From assembly GCA_963666735.1 (NCBI GenBank), contig OY762926.1, positions 3,483,324-3,547,323 of the forward strand: a stretch of 64,000 nucleotides of DNA, given 5' to 3'. Each line of letters begins with the position of its first letter. Positions within the stretch are counted from its first letter, which is position 1. The translations under genes and the position numbers were made by a program. A model generated the notes under the pieces. It was not told where the DNA came from, ran no database searches, and saw only the letters and a list, made by a program, of their open reading frames with translations. Below are positions 48,218-56,815 of this stretch, piece after piece. This DNA comes from Gemmatimonadota bacterium (GTDB taxonomy: Bacteria; Gemmatimonadota; Gemmatimonadetes; Palauibacterales; Palauibacteraceae).

Positions 48218-51131
48218 CCGCGGTTCGTCCGCCACCTTCGGCATCGCGCCGCCGCCCGACGAGTTCGATGAGGCGGGCGTCGGATCCCGTGAGGTTCTCC
48301 CTTGCCCAGTCCCGAACATCATCTTCGTGCGTGAACAGGATGACCTGGGTCGAGCGGGCGAGCACGGCCAGAGTCTGCAGTACCGCCTGTTTCCGTACCG
48401 CATCCGAAGCGCCGACGACATCGTCGAGGATGAGGGGACAGGTCTCGCCTTCCCGGGTGAGGTGCCGCGAGAGCGCGAACCTGAGCAGCAGGTAGACCTG
48501 CTCCGCCGTGCCGTGGGAGAGCCGTTCGGCGAACCGCCAGCGCCCCCCCGGCGTCCGCACCTGGACGAGCAGGTTCTCCGGGTCGATTCGGCATCCGGTG
48601 TAGCGGCCCTCCGTCACCCCGGGCAGCCATTCGAGCACCGTCTGCGTCAGGATGGGCGCGATGTCGCGCATGACGCGCTCCTGCGCCTCTTCGAGGAATT
48701 CGATCGTGCAGTCCAGCGTGTCCTTGAGACGCGCGATCCGCGCCCGTTCCCGTTCGGCCGCCGCCAGCGCGTCTTCCGCGTCCGCCACGCTCGGGAGGTG
48801 GTGCTCGCGTTCGGTGAGTTGGCCGCCTGCGCGCAGCACCTCCTCGCGGGCGGCCTCCGCTTCCTGCCTCAGATTTTCCAGCGTCTCCTCGCTAGGCCGT
48901 CCCGTCCGGGTCTCGACGAGGACGGCCGCGCCGACCCGGTCGACGAGCCCGTCGGCCCGGAGACGGAGTCGCTCGGCATCGTCCGCGAACTCATCCAGTG
49001 TCCGCTCGCCCAGCAACTGTTGCAGGCGATCCCATGACTCGTTGCGCTCGCCGGCCTCCTGGAGCAGCCGCTCCCGGCCTGCGCGCCATTGCTCCAGCGC
49101 CGCCGCCAGATCCTCGGGGTCGTCGGCCGTCGCCCCAACCTGCGCGCCGGCTTCACGCAGCTTGTTCGCGGCTTCGACGGCTCGCTCCGATCGGTGTGCG
49201 TGCCGCGTCTCCGCCGCGAGGCGCCGGGCTCTCTCGTCGCTCCACTGTCGGCGTCGCTCCGCGGTCCGCCGCTCGAGTTCGCCCAACTCGCCCGGCGCGA
49301 TGCCTCGGCCCCTTGCGTCCGCGAGCGGGTCTTCGGCCGCGTCCGCCAAGAGGGCATCGGCTACGGCGCGCAGCCGATCCGTCTCGGCGACCAGTGCGTC
49401 GAAGGATGAGCCGGCAAGCAGTCCCTGAAGCTCATCCCACTGCGAGCCCCGCCGCGCGGCCTCTTCCCTTCCGGCCAGCCGGGACTCCACCTGGCGGCGC
49501 AGCGCGTCCGCGATCGTTTCCGGTTCGGCGGCTGATTCGGCGGCCGATTCGGCGGCGGCCACCGTGTCCGCGCCGGCAAGCTCGCGCATGCGCCCGATCG
49601 CCTCATGCCGGCGCCGGAGCCCGTCTTCGTATCGATCCCGTTCCGCGCGCGCCGAGGCAAGTTCGCGCCGGAGACTGTCATGGCGTACGTCCAGGGCCAG
49701 CGCAATCTCCGAGCGGTCGGCGCGGGTTCTCGCGAATCCTTGAGACAGGATGCCTCCCGCCCCGACGGCGAACAGGATCAGTCCCGTCGTGCGCAGATCG
49801 GGCGCCGCAAGCGCGAGGACGAGGCCTCCGATCGCCGCAACTGCCGAAACACCGAGCCACACCGCGTTTCGCCCGGGCAGAGGTTCCACGGGCGGCGCCC
49901 GCCGCCTCTTCTCGAGCGCCGCGAGTTCTTCCTCGAGTGCCTCCACACTCCGGCCGGCCGGCGCTTCAACCTCGGGAAGCGATTCCCAGACGCGGAGTGC
50001 GTCGCGGACCTCCGCAAGACGCGCGTCCTCTTCGGGGGCAACCCGGGGGCTGCCTTCCGGGAAGAGCGCCCGCAGCTCACGTGCATTCGCGAGGCGAGTT
50101 CCGGCTTCCACGGCCGCCGCCTCCGCGACAACCGCGCGCGTGGCCGCAAGCTCCGCATCGGCGCTCTCGATCCTCTCCTCGATCTCGCGCGCCGAGGGCC
50201 CCGTCAGTTCCACTGGAGCGGGGAGATTTCGCCAAGTCGTGAGCGCTTCGGTGACCGTTCGCGTGAGCCCGCCGCCCTCGGGGACCGGGTGAGGCGCCCC
50301 CTCCGGGAACTCCTCGTGCAGGGCCCGCGCCTCCCGCAGCCGCTCCGCGAGCGCTTCCGCCTCCACGCTCGCGAGCGCGGCCTCCACCGCCTCCGCGCGG
50401 CGCCGGGTTTCCCGCGCGGCCCGCTCCAGCGTTTCGATCTCGGCGCGACGCTCCTGAAAGTCCCGGTGCGCCTCTCGGGCCGCCTCCAGCGCCTCGCGCG
50501 CCTCCGCCACCCGTCGCGCGGTCGTCATGAGCGGCTTCGTCGGAGCCCGGGTCGATCCGACACGTTCCCGGAGAACCTCCTCGAGCCGTTGGAGCGCGGC
50601 CGCCGCCGTCTGGTCCACGCCCGCCGTCGCCGCCGCGCGCTGCATGTCCTCCTGCAGCGACTCGGGATGATCACGGACCCTGAGGATGTCCGCCTGGCGC
50701 ACGCAGGCCGTGGCGAGAAACGAGCGCCGGTTCAGGCCCAGCCAGCGCGAGCCGTCCGGCGCTCCGTCGAACAGGATCTCGTGCGAATAGTCCCGTCCCG
50801 CCACGCTCGTGTCCTCCGCCGAACTCTCGATCCTTCCCGCCAGGTCGTGCCTCAACTCCACGCACCGTCCGTCCTCGAGCGCGACGACCGCGCCGATCTC
50901 CCACTCGTCACCATCCCACGGCTTGTGGCGCGCCGCGAACGCCTTCTCCTCCTTCCGCATCGCCCCCTTGCCGCGCCGCATGCCGCAGAGCCCGGCGTAC
51001 AGCGCCGCGTGCCAGGACGATTTCCCTGCCTCGTTACGGCCGAAGACGACGTTCATTCCCGGCGCCAGTTCCAGCGTCTCATCCCGGAAGGGGCCGAAAC
51101 GATGGGCCGTCACGGACTCGAAGCGCATCAC
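48210..51131 (-). CDS. SbcC/Rad50-superfamily ATPase, YhaN (SbcE)-like, with two predicted TM helices in the coiled-coil apex
   Basis: Walker A GRNEAGKSS, signature LSHGTAEQVYLLLRFAL, Walker B PLILDDVVGASD, and H-loop ILFTHED. About 650 aa of Ala/Glu/Arg coiled coil is interrupted by AVWLGVSAVAAIGGLVLALAA...GLILFAVGAGGIL. There is no CxxC zinc hook. Confidence 0.8.
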   Translation of the reverse strand: MMRFESVTAHRFGPFRDETLELAPGMNVVFGRNEAGKSSWHAALYAGLCGMRRGKGAMRKEEKAFAARHKPWDGDEWEIGAVVALEDGRCVELRHDLAGRIESSAEDTSVAGRDYSHEILFDGAPDGSRWLGLNRRSFLATACVRQADILRVRDHPESLQEDMQRAAATAGVDQTAAAALQRLEEVLRERVGSTRAPTKPLMTTARRVAEAREALEAAREAHRDFQERRAEIETLERAARETRRRAEAVEAALASVEAEALAERLREARALHEEFPEGAPHPVPEGGGLTRTVTEALTTWRNLPAPVELTGPSAREIEERIESADAELAATRAVVAEAAAVEAGTRLANARELRALFPEGSPRVAPEEDARLAEVRDALRVWESLPEVEAPAGRSVEALEEELAALEKRRRAPPVEPLPGRNAVWLGVSAVAAIGGLVLALAAPDLRTTGLILFAVGAGGILSQGFARTRADRSEIALALDVRHDSLRRELASARAERDRYEDGLRRRHEAIGRMRELAGADTVAAAESAAESAAEPETIADALRRQVESRLAGREEAARRGSQWDELQGLLAGSSFDALVAETDRLRAVADALLADAAEDPLADARGRGIAPGELGELERRTAERRRQWSDERARRLAAETRHAHRSERAVEAANKLREAGAQVGATADDPEDLAAALEQWRAGRERLLQEAGERNESWDRLQQLLGERTLDEFADDAERLRLRADGLVDRVGAAVLVETRTGRPSEETLENLRQEAEAAREEVLRAGGQLTEREHHLPSVADAEDALAAAERERARIARLKDTLDCTIEFLEEAQERVMRDIAPILTQTVLEWLPGVTEGRYTGCRIDPENLLVQVRTPGGRWRFAERLSHGTAEQVYLLLRFALSRHLTREGETCPLILDDVVGASDAVRKQAVLQTLAVLARSTQVILFTHEDDVRDWARENLTGSDARLIELVGRRRDAEGGGRTAAT

Positions 51132-52243
51132 AGCACCTCGAGATCGTCGCGGCCGTCGAGCGCCCGGAGCCCCATCCTCAGGACGCGGCGCTTTTCATCG
51201 TCCGACAGCTCCGCGCCCAACACATCCTCGACGAACTGTCCCCGCACCGTGGGCTCCTGACGGACTTCCTCGAAGTCGTACGCCGGGTGCAATTCCGATT
51301 TCCGGATCTGCACGGCGTCGAACGTCTCGATCAACTGTTCGCGGATCGTGTCCTCCTGGAGGTCGAGCGACGGCTCCAGGTCGCCGCACACCGTCAGGCG
51401 CGCGAGTCCCGCGAGGCTCTCCGCCTTCGCGCGCAGCGCGTCGCGAATCTGCTGGCGACTCGTGAGACCCGTGACATCGAGCCGCAGGTCGTGAACCGGC
51501 GTGACGGCCACCACCCGCCGCTCGCGCGTGACCTCACCCTCCGCGTCGACCGTCGCCACCACGGGCCCGCGCTCCCCTTCCTCTCCGAACTGGAGAGGGT
51601 CGGGGTTGCCCGGATAGGTGTGATGCGCGCCGTCCGCCGGCCGGTGATAGTGGCCGAGGAACGCGTGGTGCAGCCCGCTGTCCGGGATTTCAGCCGTCTC
51701 GAAGGGGGCGTGCGGCGCCTTCCCTTCGCCCTGCGCCGCGAGCCACGACCGTTCCGCCCCGTGAAACAGCGCCACGTGGGCCCCCGCCCCGGAGACCCTG
51801 AAGCCGTCGCCGAGGAAGTTGTCCGTGTTGGCGGGAGCGCAGTGCGCGGCTCCCCACAGCGTGATGCCGGGCGCGAGGGAGACCGCCCGCAGCGCCGCAT
51901 CCCGAAAGATGTGGACGTTCTCGCTCCATCCGCCTGTCGCGTAGACGCTCGTCGGCCCATACCAGTCGTGATTGCCGGGCGCGATGTAGACCGGCACCGG
52001 GTCGAGGGAGGCGAAGGTCTGCCGCAGAAAGTTCGCCGTGTCCAGCGTGACGCGATCGTGCTCGTACAGATCGCCTCCGCAGAAGAGCGCGTCTGCGCCG
52101 GTCGAGCGGACGAGTTCGACGATCACGAGCAGGGTGTCGCGAAGCGCCTCGCGCCGCCGCCGCGCCACGTCGCCCGTCGCCTCGCACCACGCGAAGGGGG
52201 AGTCGAGATGGAGGTCGGCAAAGTGGACGATCGTCCGTTTCAC
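51128..52243 (-). CDS. Mre11/SbcD-family metallophosphoesterase nuclease (YhaO/SbcF-like)
   Basis: Phosphoesterase motifs HFADLHLD, GGDLYEH, APGNHD, FHG and GHYH. Its stop overlaps the start of the ATPase gene. Confidence 0.8.
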   Translation of the reverse strand: MKRTIVHFADLHLDSPFAWCEATGDVARRRREALRDTLLVIVELVRSTGADALFCGGDLYEHDRVTLDTANFLRQTFASLDPVPVYIAPGNHDWYGPTSVYATGGWSENVHIFRDAALRAVSLAPGITLWGAAHCAPANTDNFLGDGFRVSGAGAHVALFHGAERSWLAAQGEGKAPHAPFETAEIPDSGLHHAFLGHYHRPADGAHHTYPGNPDPLQFGEEGERGPVVATVDAEGEVTRERRVVAVTPVHDLRLDVTGLTSRQQIRDALRAKAESLAGLARLTVCGDLEPSLDLQEDTIREQLIETFDAVQIRKSELHPAYDFEEVRQEPTVRGQFVEDVLGAELSDDEKRRVLRMGLRALDGRDDLEVL

Positions 52244-52245
52244 AG

Positions 52246-53406
52246 TCAGCTGAGGAACGCCTCGATTCGGCCCCAGTTCGCCTCCGCGTCGGAGGCTCCC
52301 AGTTTCACGAGCGCCTGGATGTACTCGTTCTCGAACAGGAGGTAGCTCAGGAAGTCGGCCGTCTTGATGTCCGGCGTTCCCAGGCCTCGCACGAGAAACC
52401 TGAGCGCCGGAGGAAGTTCGATCTCGAAGTCGCGCGCCAGTTTTCCGATATCCCGGGAGGGTCGGAGGATGAGCAGGTCGACGTGGCGCAGACCCTGGCT
52501 CTCGGACACCTCGGGGGGGAGTCGGTCGACGAGGAGGTTGATCCTGCGCAGCGCCGCCGCGTCCCAGTCGAGCGTGTCGAGAAAGACCGAGTTCAGCAGC
52601 AGGCCCAGCACTCTCGCCGGCGGCGGATAGCCGGTCGTGTCCGGGGCCCGCGCCTCGAGTTCGGAGCGCCGGTAGCGGGCCGAGATCGTGAAGATGCGGT
52701 CCGCCCCCATGTGGATCGCCGGCGCCAGCGGCGCGGCGGTGCGGAAGCTCCCGTCTCCGTAGTACTGCTGCCCGAGCTTGACGGCCGGGAACACGAGCGG
52801 AATCGACGCGGAGGCCAGGATGTGGTCCACCGAAATGTCCGTCCGCACGAGTCGGTAGTGGGCGCTCGCCGGCCGGGGCGTCGACTGCGGTTCTCCCTGT
52901 ACGAAGAGGACCGTGCGTCCCGTCTGGTACGACATCGCGGTGAGACCCACCGCTTCGAGCTTGCCCGCCCTGATCCGGGCGTCGATCTCCCCGCGGTCGA
53001 CGTCGCGCTCGATGAATTCCCTAAGCGGCGACGTGTCGACGAGGCTCTGGAAACGGGGACTCAGCCCGGTCCCGCCGCCCAGAAGAGATCCCCCCAGCCG
53101 CAGGCCCACCTTGAGCAGGGAAGCGGGGTTCGTGCGCAGCACTTCCTCGGTCGTGAGCGAGAGCCAGCGGCGCTTCAGAGCCTGCGTCGCGGCGCGCAGA
53201 TTGCCGTCGTAGGCGGCGAGAAAACCCACGTTGATCGCGCCGGCGGAGACGCCGGTGAGGAGGGGGACGCGCAGCGCGGGCAGCCGTCTGCCGACATAGC
53301 TCAGCACGCCGGTCTGGTAGGCGGCCCTCGCGCCGCCACCCGAGAGGGCGAAGGCCAGCTTCCCCCGCGCGGCGCCGGAAGCGCCACTCCCAGGGGCTCC
53401 CGTCAC
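52246..53406 (-). CDS. Patatin-like phospholipase
   Basis: A GTG at 53406 gives VTGAPGSG...KLAFALSGGGARAAY (oxyanion hole), GVSAG (the GxSxG nucleophile) and YYGDGS (catalytic Asp). The longer track ORF overlaps the upstream gene and was rejected. Confidence 0.8.
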   Translation of the reverse strand: MTGAPGSGASGAARGKLAFALSGGGARAAYQTGVLSYVGRRLPALRVPLLTGVSAGAINVGFLAAYDGNLRAATQALKRRWLSLTTEEVLRTNPASLLKVGLRLGGSLLGGGTGLSPRFQSLVDTSPLREFIERDVDRGEIDARIRAGKLEAVGLTAMSYQTGRTVLFVQGEPQSTPRPASAHYRLVRTDISVDHILASASIPLVFPAVKLGQQYYGDGSFRTAAPLAPAIHMGADRIFTISARYRRSELEARAPDTTGYPPPARVLGLLLNSVFLDTLDWDAAALRRINLLVDRLPPEVSESQGLRHVDLLILRPSRDIGKLARDFEIELPPALRFLVRGLGTPDIKTADFLSYLLFENEYIQALVKLGASDAEANWGRIEAFLS

Positions 53407-53419
53407 GCCGGTCCCCGCG

Positions 53420-53929
53420 TCAGGACCGTCCGCCGGGGCGGCCCAGGAGTTGCCGGTGCCACGAACGGGCGGCCGGCCGCTCGAGTTCACCCGCCCGCAG
53501 CGCCGCCAACGTGTCGATCGTCGGATCGAAGACGGGGGTCGTGTCGTCGATCGCTCCCGTCTTCGCCCGCGCCCGGAACTCTGTGCGCGCGCAACTTTCG
53601 ATCGCGCCGGAAGCGTTCCGGTAGAAGACGCGCGTGCTGTCGAGAAAGGAGCAATCCAGGCGGGCCTCGAGCGCGCCGATCCGTCGGGACATCGCGTCGA
53701 TCGAGCACCCCGAAGCGGGCGCCGACGCCTCGTCCACGGCGACGACCGCGAACCGGTCTTCAACCCATTCCACGCCCGCCCTGAGCGCGGCCCCGTGCGC
53801 GGTCCACACGTCGACGAATGCGCGCAGGTCGCCCATCAGCGCCTCGCGCTCCGCCGGGGCCAGCGGACGGTCCGCCCCGAAGATCCAGACGCGGGCGGAA
53901 TCGGGGAGCGATGTCAGCGGAACACTCAT
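53420..53929 (-). CDS. Conserved hypothetical protein (family often mislabelled 'ABC transporter ATPase' in Bacteroidota)
   Basis: The pattern VWIFGADRPL...FVDVWTAHGAALRAGVEWVEDRFAVVAVDEASAPASGCSID matches my recollection of that roughly 160-aa family. It has no Walker motifs. Confidence 0.55.
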   Translation of the reverse strand: MSVPLTSLPDSARVWIFGADRPLAPAEREALMGDLRAFVDVWTAHGAALRAGVEWVEDRFAVVAVDEASAPASGCSIDAMSRRIGALEARLDCSFLDSTRVFYRNASGAIESCARTEFRARAKTGAIDDTTPVFDPTIDTLAALRAGELERPAARSWHRQLLGRPGGRS

Positions 53930-53992
53930 GCCGGGACCATACGTCGGCCCGCGACCTCCCGCCAACCCGGCCGGGTGTCCGCTATGTGTCCG

Positions 53993-55204
53993 CTATTCGT
54001 ACCGAAGCGCCACGATCGGATCGAGCCGGGCCGCGCGCCGGGCGGGCCAGAGGCCGAAGAACACGCCCACCGCGGCGGCGAACACCACGGCGAGGCCGAT
54101 GGCCTCCGGCGCGATGGCCATCGTCCAGCCAGCCGACCGCGAGAGCATCTCCGCCGCGCCGTACGCGAACGCGACCCCGAGGACGCCGCCCGTCATGCAG
54201 AGCGTCGTGGCTTCGAGGAGAAACTGGAGCAGCACCGCGTTTCGCGTGGCGCCGAGCGCCTTTCGCACGCCGATCTCCTTCGTTCGCTCCGTGACGGACA
54301 CCAGCATGATGTTCATGATCCCGATGCCGCCGACGAGAAGGCTCACCGCGGCGATCCCGGCGAGCAGCATCGTGAACGTCTGCGTCGTCTCCTGCTGCAT
54401 CTCGAGGAACTGCACGCTGTCCGAGATCCAGAAGTCGTTCTCCCGTCCCAGCGGGAGACGGTGCTCGCGGCGCAGGATGTCCTCGATCTGCACCATCGCG
54501 ACCGGGATCGCCGCCTCGCTCTCGACGACGACCTTGAACTGGTTGACCCGGTCGGTCCCGAGCAATCGGAACTGCGCCGTCTCCAGCGGAACGAGGATCT
54601 GCTCATCCTGGTTGAACCAGCCCGACCCGCCCTTTTCGTCCAGCACGCCCACGACCTCGAAGGAGATGTTCCGGATCGAGATCGTCCGGCCGACGAGTTC
54701 GGCGGCGTCGGTGTTCAGGACCGCCGGCACCGCGCCTCCGAGCACGGCGACCCGTCGCCGGCCGCGATTCTCCGACTCATCGAAGAAGCGTCCGAGTTGC
54801 ACCGTGTGGTTTTCGACCTCCGCGTAGTTCGGCGTCGTACCGAGAATCCGCACGCTCGCGTTGTTGCGCCCGACCTGCACCTGCAACTGCCCCTGCATCT
54901 CCGGGGCCACCTCCACCAGCGCGGGGGCCCCCTGCGTCACCGCCTCGACATCTTCGGTCGTCAACCGGGCGTTCGATCCGCCCCGGACGCCTCGGAACAT
55001 CCCCTGCCCTGGGCGAACCGTGAGCACGTTGGTTCCGAGCGACTCGATCTGGTTCTCGACCTGCTGCTGGGCGCCCTCTCCCAGAGCCACCATCGTGATG
55101 ACGGCACCGACCCCGATCACGATCCCGAGCATGGTCAGGAACGAGCGCAGCTTGTTGGCGCGGATCGCATCCATCGCGACCCGGAGAATCTCGAAAAAGA
55201 TCAT
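53993..55204 (-). CDS. MacB-type ABC transporter permease (MacB periplasmic core domain + FtsX), no fused ATPase
   Basis: LRANKLRSFLTMLGIVIGVGAVI, a large periplasmic domain, and IGIMNIMLVSVTERTKEIGVRKALGA. Confidence 0.85.
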   Translation of the reverse strand: MIFFEILRVAMDAIRANKLRSFLTMLGIVIGVGAVITMVALGEGAQQQVENQIESLGTNVLTVRPGQGMFRGVRGGSNARLTTEDVEAVTQGAPALVEVAPEMQGQLQVQVGRNNASVRILGTTPNYAEVENHTVQLGRFFDESENRGRRRVAVLGGAVPAVLNTDAAELVGRTISIRNISFEVVGVLDEKGGSGWFNQDEQILVPLETAQFRLLGTDRVNQFKVVVESEAAIPVAMVQIEDILRREHRLPLGRENDFWISDSVQFLEMQQETTQTFTMLLAGIAAVSLLVGGIGIMNIMLVSVTERTKEIGVRKALGATRNAVLLQFLLEATTLCMTGGVLGVAFAYGAAEMLSRSAGWTMAIAPEAIGLAVVFAAAVGVFFGLWPARRAARLDPIVALRYE

Positions 55205-55211
55205 CGCGGCA

Positions 55212-56687
55212 TCATCGCCTTCCTCCGACGCCCGGCAGCCCCGTCCGGCTGCGGATTCGGTCCAGGAACTCCTGCTGCGCGATGAGCGAGGTGGGAACGG
55301 CGACGATCTCCTCGCCTTCCTCGAGCCCGCGGACGATATGCGTGTGGTCGAAGTCGCTGAGGCCGATCATGACCGGCTTCAGGTCGAGCAGTCCGTTCGC
55401 ATCGTACCTGAACACGAACGCCGGCTGGGGCTCGTCGGGCCGCCGCGCGGGTCCGCCCCGGCCGCCTCCCGGTCCACCGGCTCCCTGGTTTCGGAACTGC
55501 TGCATCATCTGCCGGCGCTCGTCGTCGGAGAGGTTCTGGATGACGCGCATGCGCTCCTCCTGCGACATCGACTGGAATTCCGACATCGGAACTCCGCCGA
55601 TCATCTGCTCTTCCTCCCCCTCCCCCGCGTCCGCCTCTCCCTCGCCCTCCCCGGGCTGCCCCTGGCTCTGGAAGTCGCGCAGCAGCGCGTTGACATCGGC
55701 GTCGATCTCGAGCGCCCGGACGATCTGGACGGCCTCCTGCTGGGACTTGATCCCGCTGTTCGCCACCGCCAGCACGTCCTCCTGCCGCCCGATCACGACT
55801 TCGACGTCCGCGTTCATCCCCGGCCGCATCAGGTCTTCCTCGTTGGAGATGCGCGTGAGCACGGCGAACATGGTCACGTTCTGCTCGACGACCGCCTGCG
55901 GTTCGATCTTGAGGACGGACCCCCGGAAGGTCCGGCTGGGATAGGCCTCCACGGTGATGTCGGCCGGCAGTCCCGGCTCGAGCCGGCCGATGTCCGTCTC
56001 GTCGACGAGCATGCGCACCTGGACCTCGGTGAGATCCGCCATCCGCATCAACACGGTGCCGCCCGTGAGGTCGCGCGTCCCCGTGACGACCTGCCCCTGC
56101 TCCACCGTCCGTTCCACGACGGTTCCGGTGATCGGGGCACGGAGCGTCACGTCGTCCAGCTTGTCCTCGGCGAGTTCGAGGTTGGTCGTGGCGCGGACCA
56201 GCGAAGCCCTCGCGTTCGCCGAGGAGAGGATCGCGCTCTCCAGTTCCTCCGAGGTCACGATGTCGGATTCGTGGAGCGCCTGGATCCGTTCGAGCTGGCG
56301 TTCCGCGACATCGGCCTGGGCCTCGGCCACGTCCAGATCGGCCTGCGCCTGGGCGTACGCGTTGTTGACGTCGCGCGGGTCGATCCGCACGAGGAGCGTG
56401 CCCTGCTCGACGTTATCCCCGAGTTCGACGGGCAGATCGAGGACCTCGCCGCCCGCCTGCGACTTCACCTCGATCACGCGGATGGGCTCGACCGTCCCCG
56501 TCGCCTCGACGCTGGAGACGATGGTCTGCCGCCCGGCGGTCAGGGTCTGGAGCGTCTGCTCGGGTTCGTTGGCCTCGCCGGTCGCACAGCCTGCAGCGGC
56601 AAGTCCCAGCGCCGTGAAGACCGTGGCGCGGCCCGGGGGGCCGCCTCGGAGGGGGAAGCGACGCCTGCAGCGTTCGAATATGAACAT
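55212..56687 (-). CDS. Efflux periplasmic adaptor (HlyD/MacA family) with an acidic/Gly-rich insertion
   Basis: I start the gene at the ATG at 56687 (MFIFERC...AAAGC lipobox). It has a lipoyl-like VKSQAGGEVLDLPVELGDNVEQGTLLVRIDP and a coiled-coil hairpin. Confidence 0.8.
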   Translation of the reverse strand: MFIFERCRRRFPLRGGPPGRATVFTALGLAAAGCATGEANEPEQTLQTLTAGRQTIVSSVEATGTVEPIRVIEVKSQAGGEVLDLPVELGDNVEQGTLLVRIDPRDVNNAYAQAQADLDVAEAQADVAERQLERIQALHESDIVTSEELESAILSSANARASLVRATTNLELAEDKLDDVTLRAPITGTVVERTVEQGQVVTGTRDLTGGTVLMRMADLTEVQVRMLVDETDIGRLEPGLPADITVEAYPSRTFRGSVLKIEPQAVVEQNVTMFAVLTRISNEEDLMRPGMNADVEVVIGRQEDVLAVANSGIKSQQEAVQIVRALEIDADVNALLRDFQSQGQPGEGEGEADAGEGEEEQMIGGVPMSEFQSMSQEERMRVIQNLSDDERRQMMQQFRNQGAGGPGGGRGGPARRPDEPQPAFVFRYDANGLLDLKPVMIGLSDFDHTHIVRGLEEGEEIVAVPTSLIAQQEFLDRIRSRTGLPGVGGRR

Positions 56688-56815
56688 CGGAATCTCGTCT
56701 CGTGTCGGGTCCGTGACCGGGCTATCGGCGCGGCGAAACCGCGCCGCCATAGCACGGTGAGAGGACACCCCGCGCGGGTCCGACGTTGAAGAGACACGCC
56801 ATGCGGCGCGCGCCG

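Noticed and set aside
48210-52243. Calling the nuclease/ATPase pair canonical sbcCD
   Set aside because: The ATPase lacks the CxxC zinc hook and has a hydrophobic hairpin instead. Gene order and sizes fit the YhaO/YhaN type better, so no sbcC or sbcD symbols were assigned.
52246-53763. 505-aa version of the patatin ORF with a 119-aa N-terminal extension
   Set aside because: The extension is Arg/Ser-rich, has no ATG, and overlaps the well-formed upstream gene (53420-53929) in another frame. A GTG at 53406, 13 nt after that gene's stop, gives a normal patatin N-terminus.
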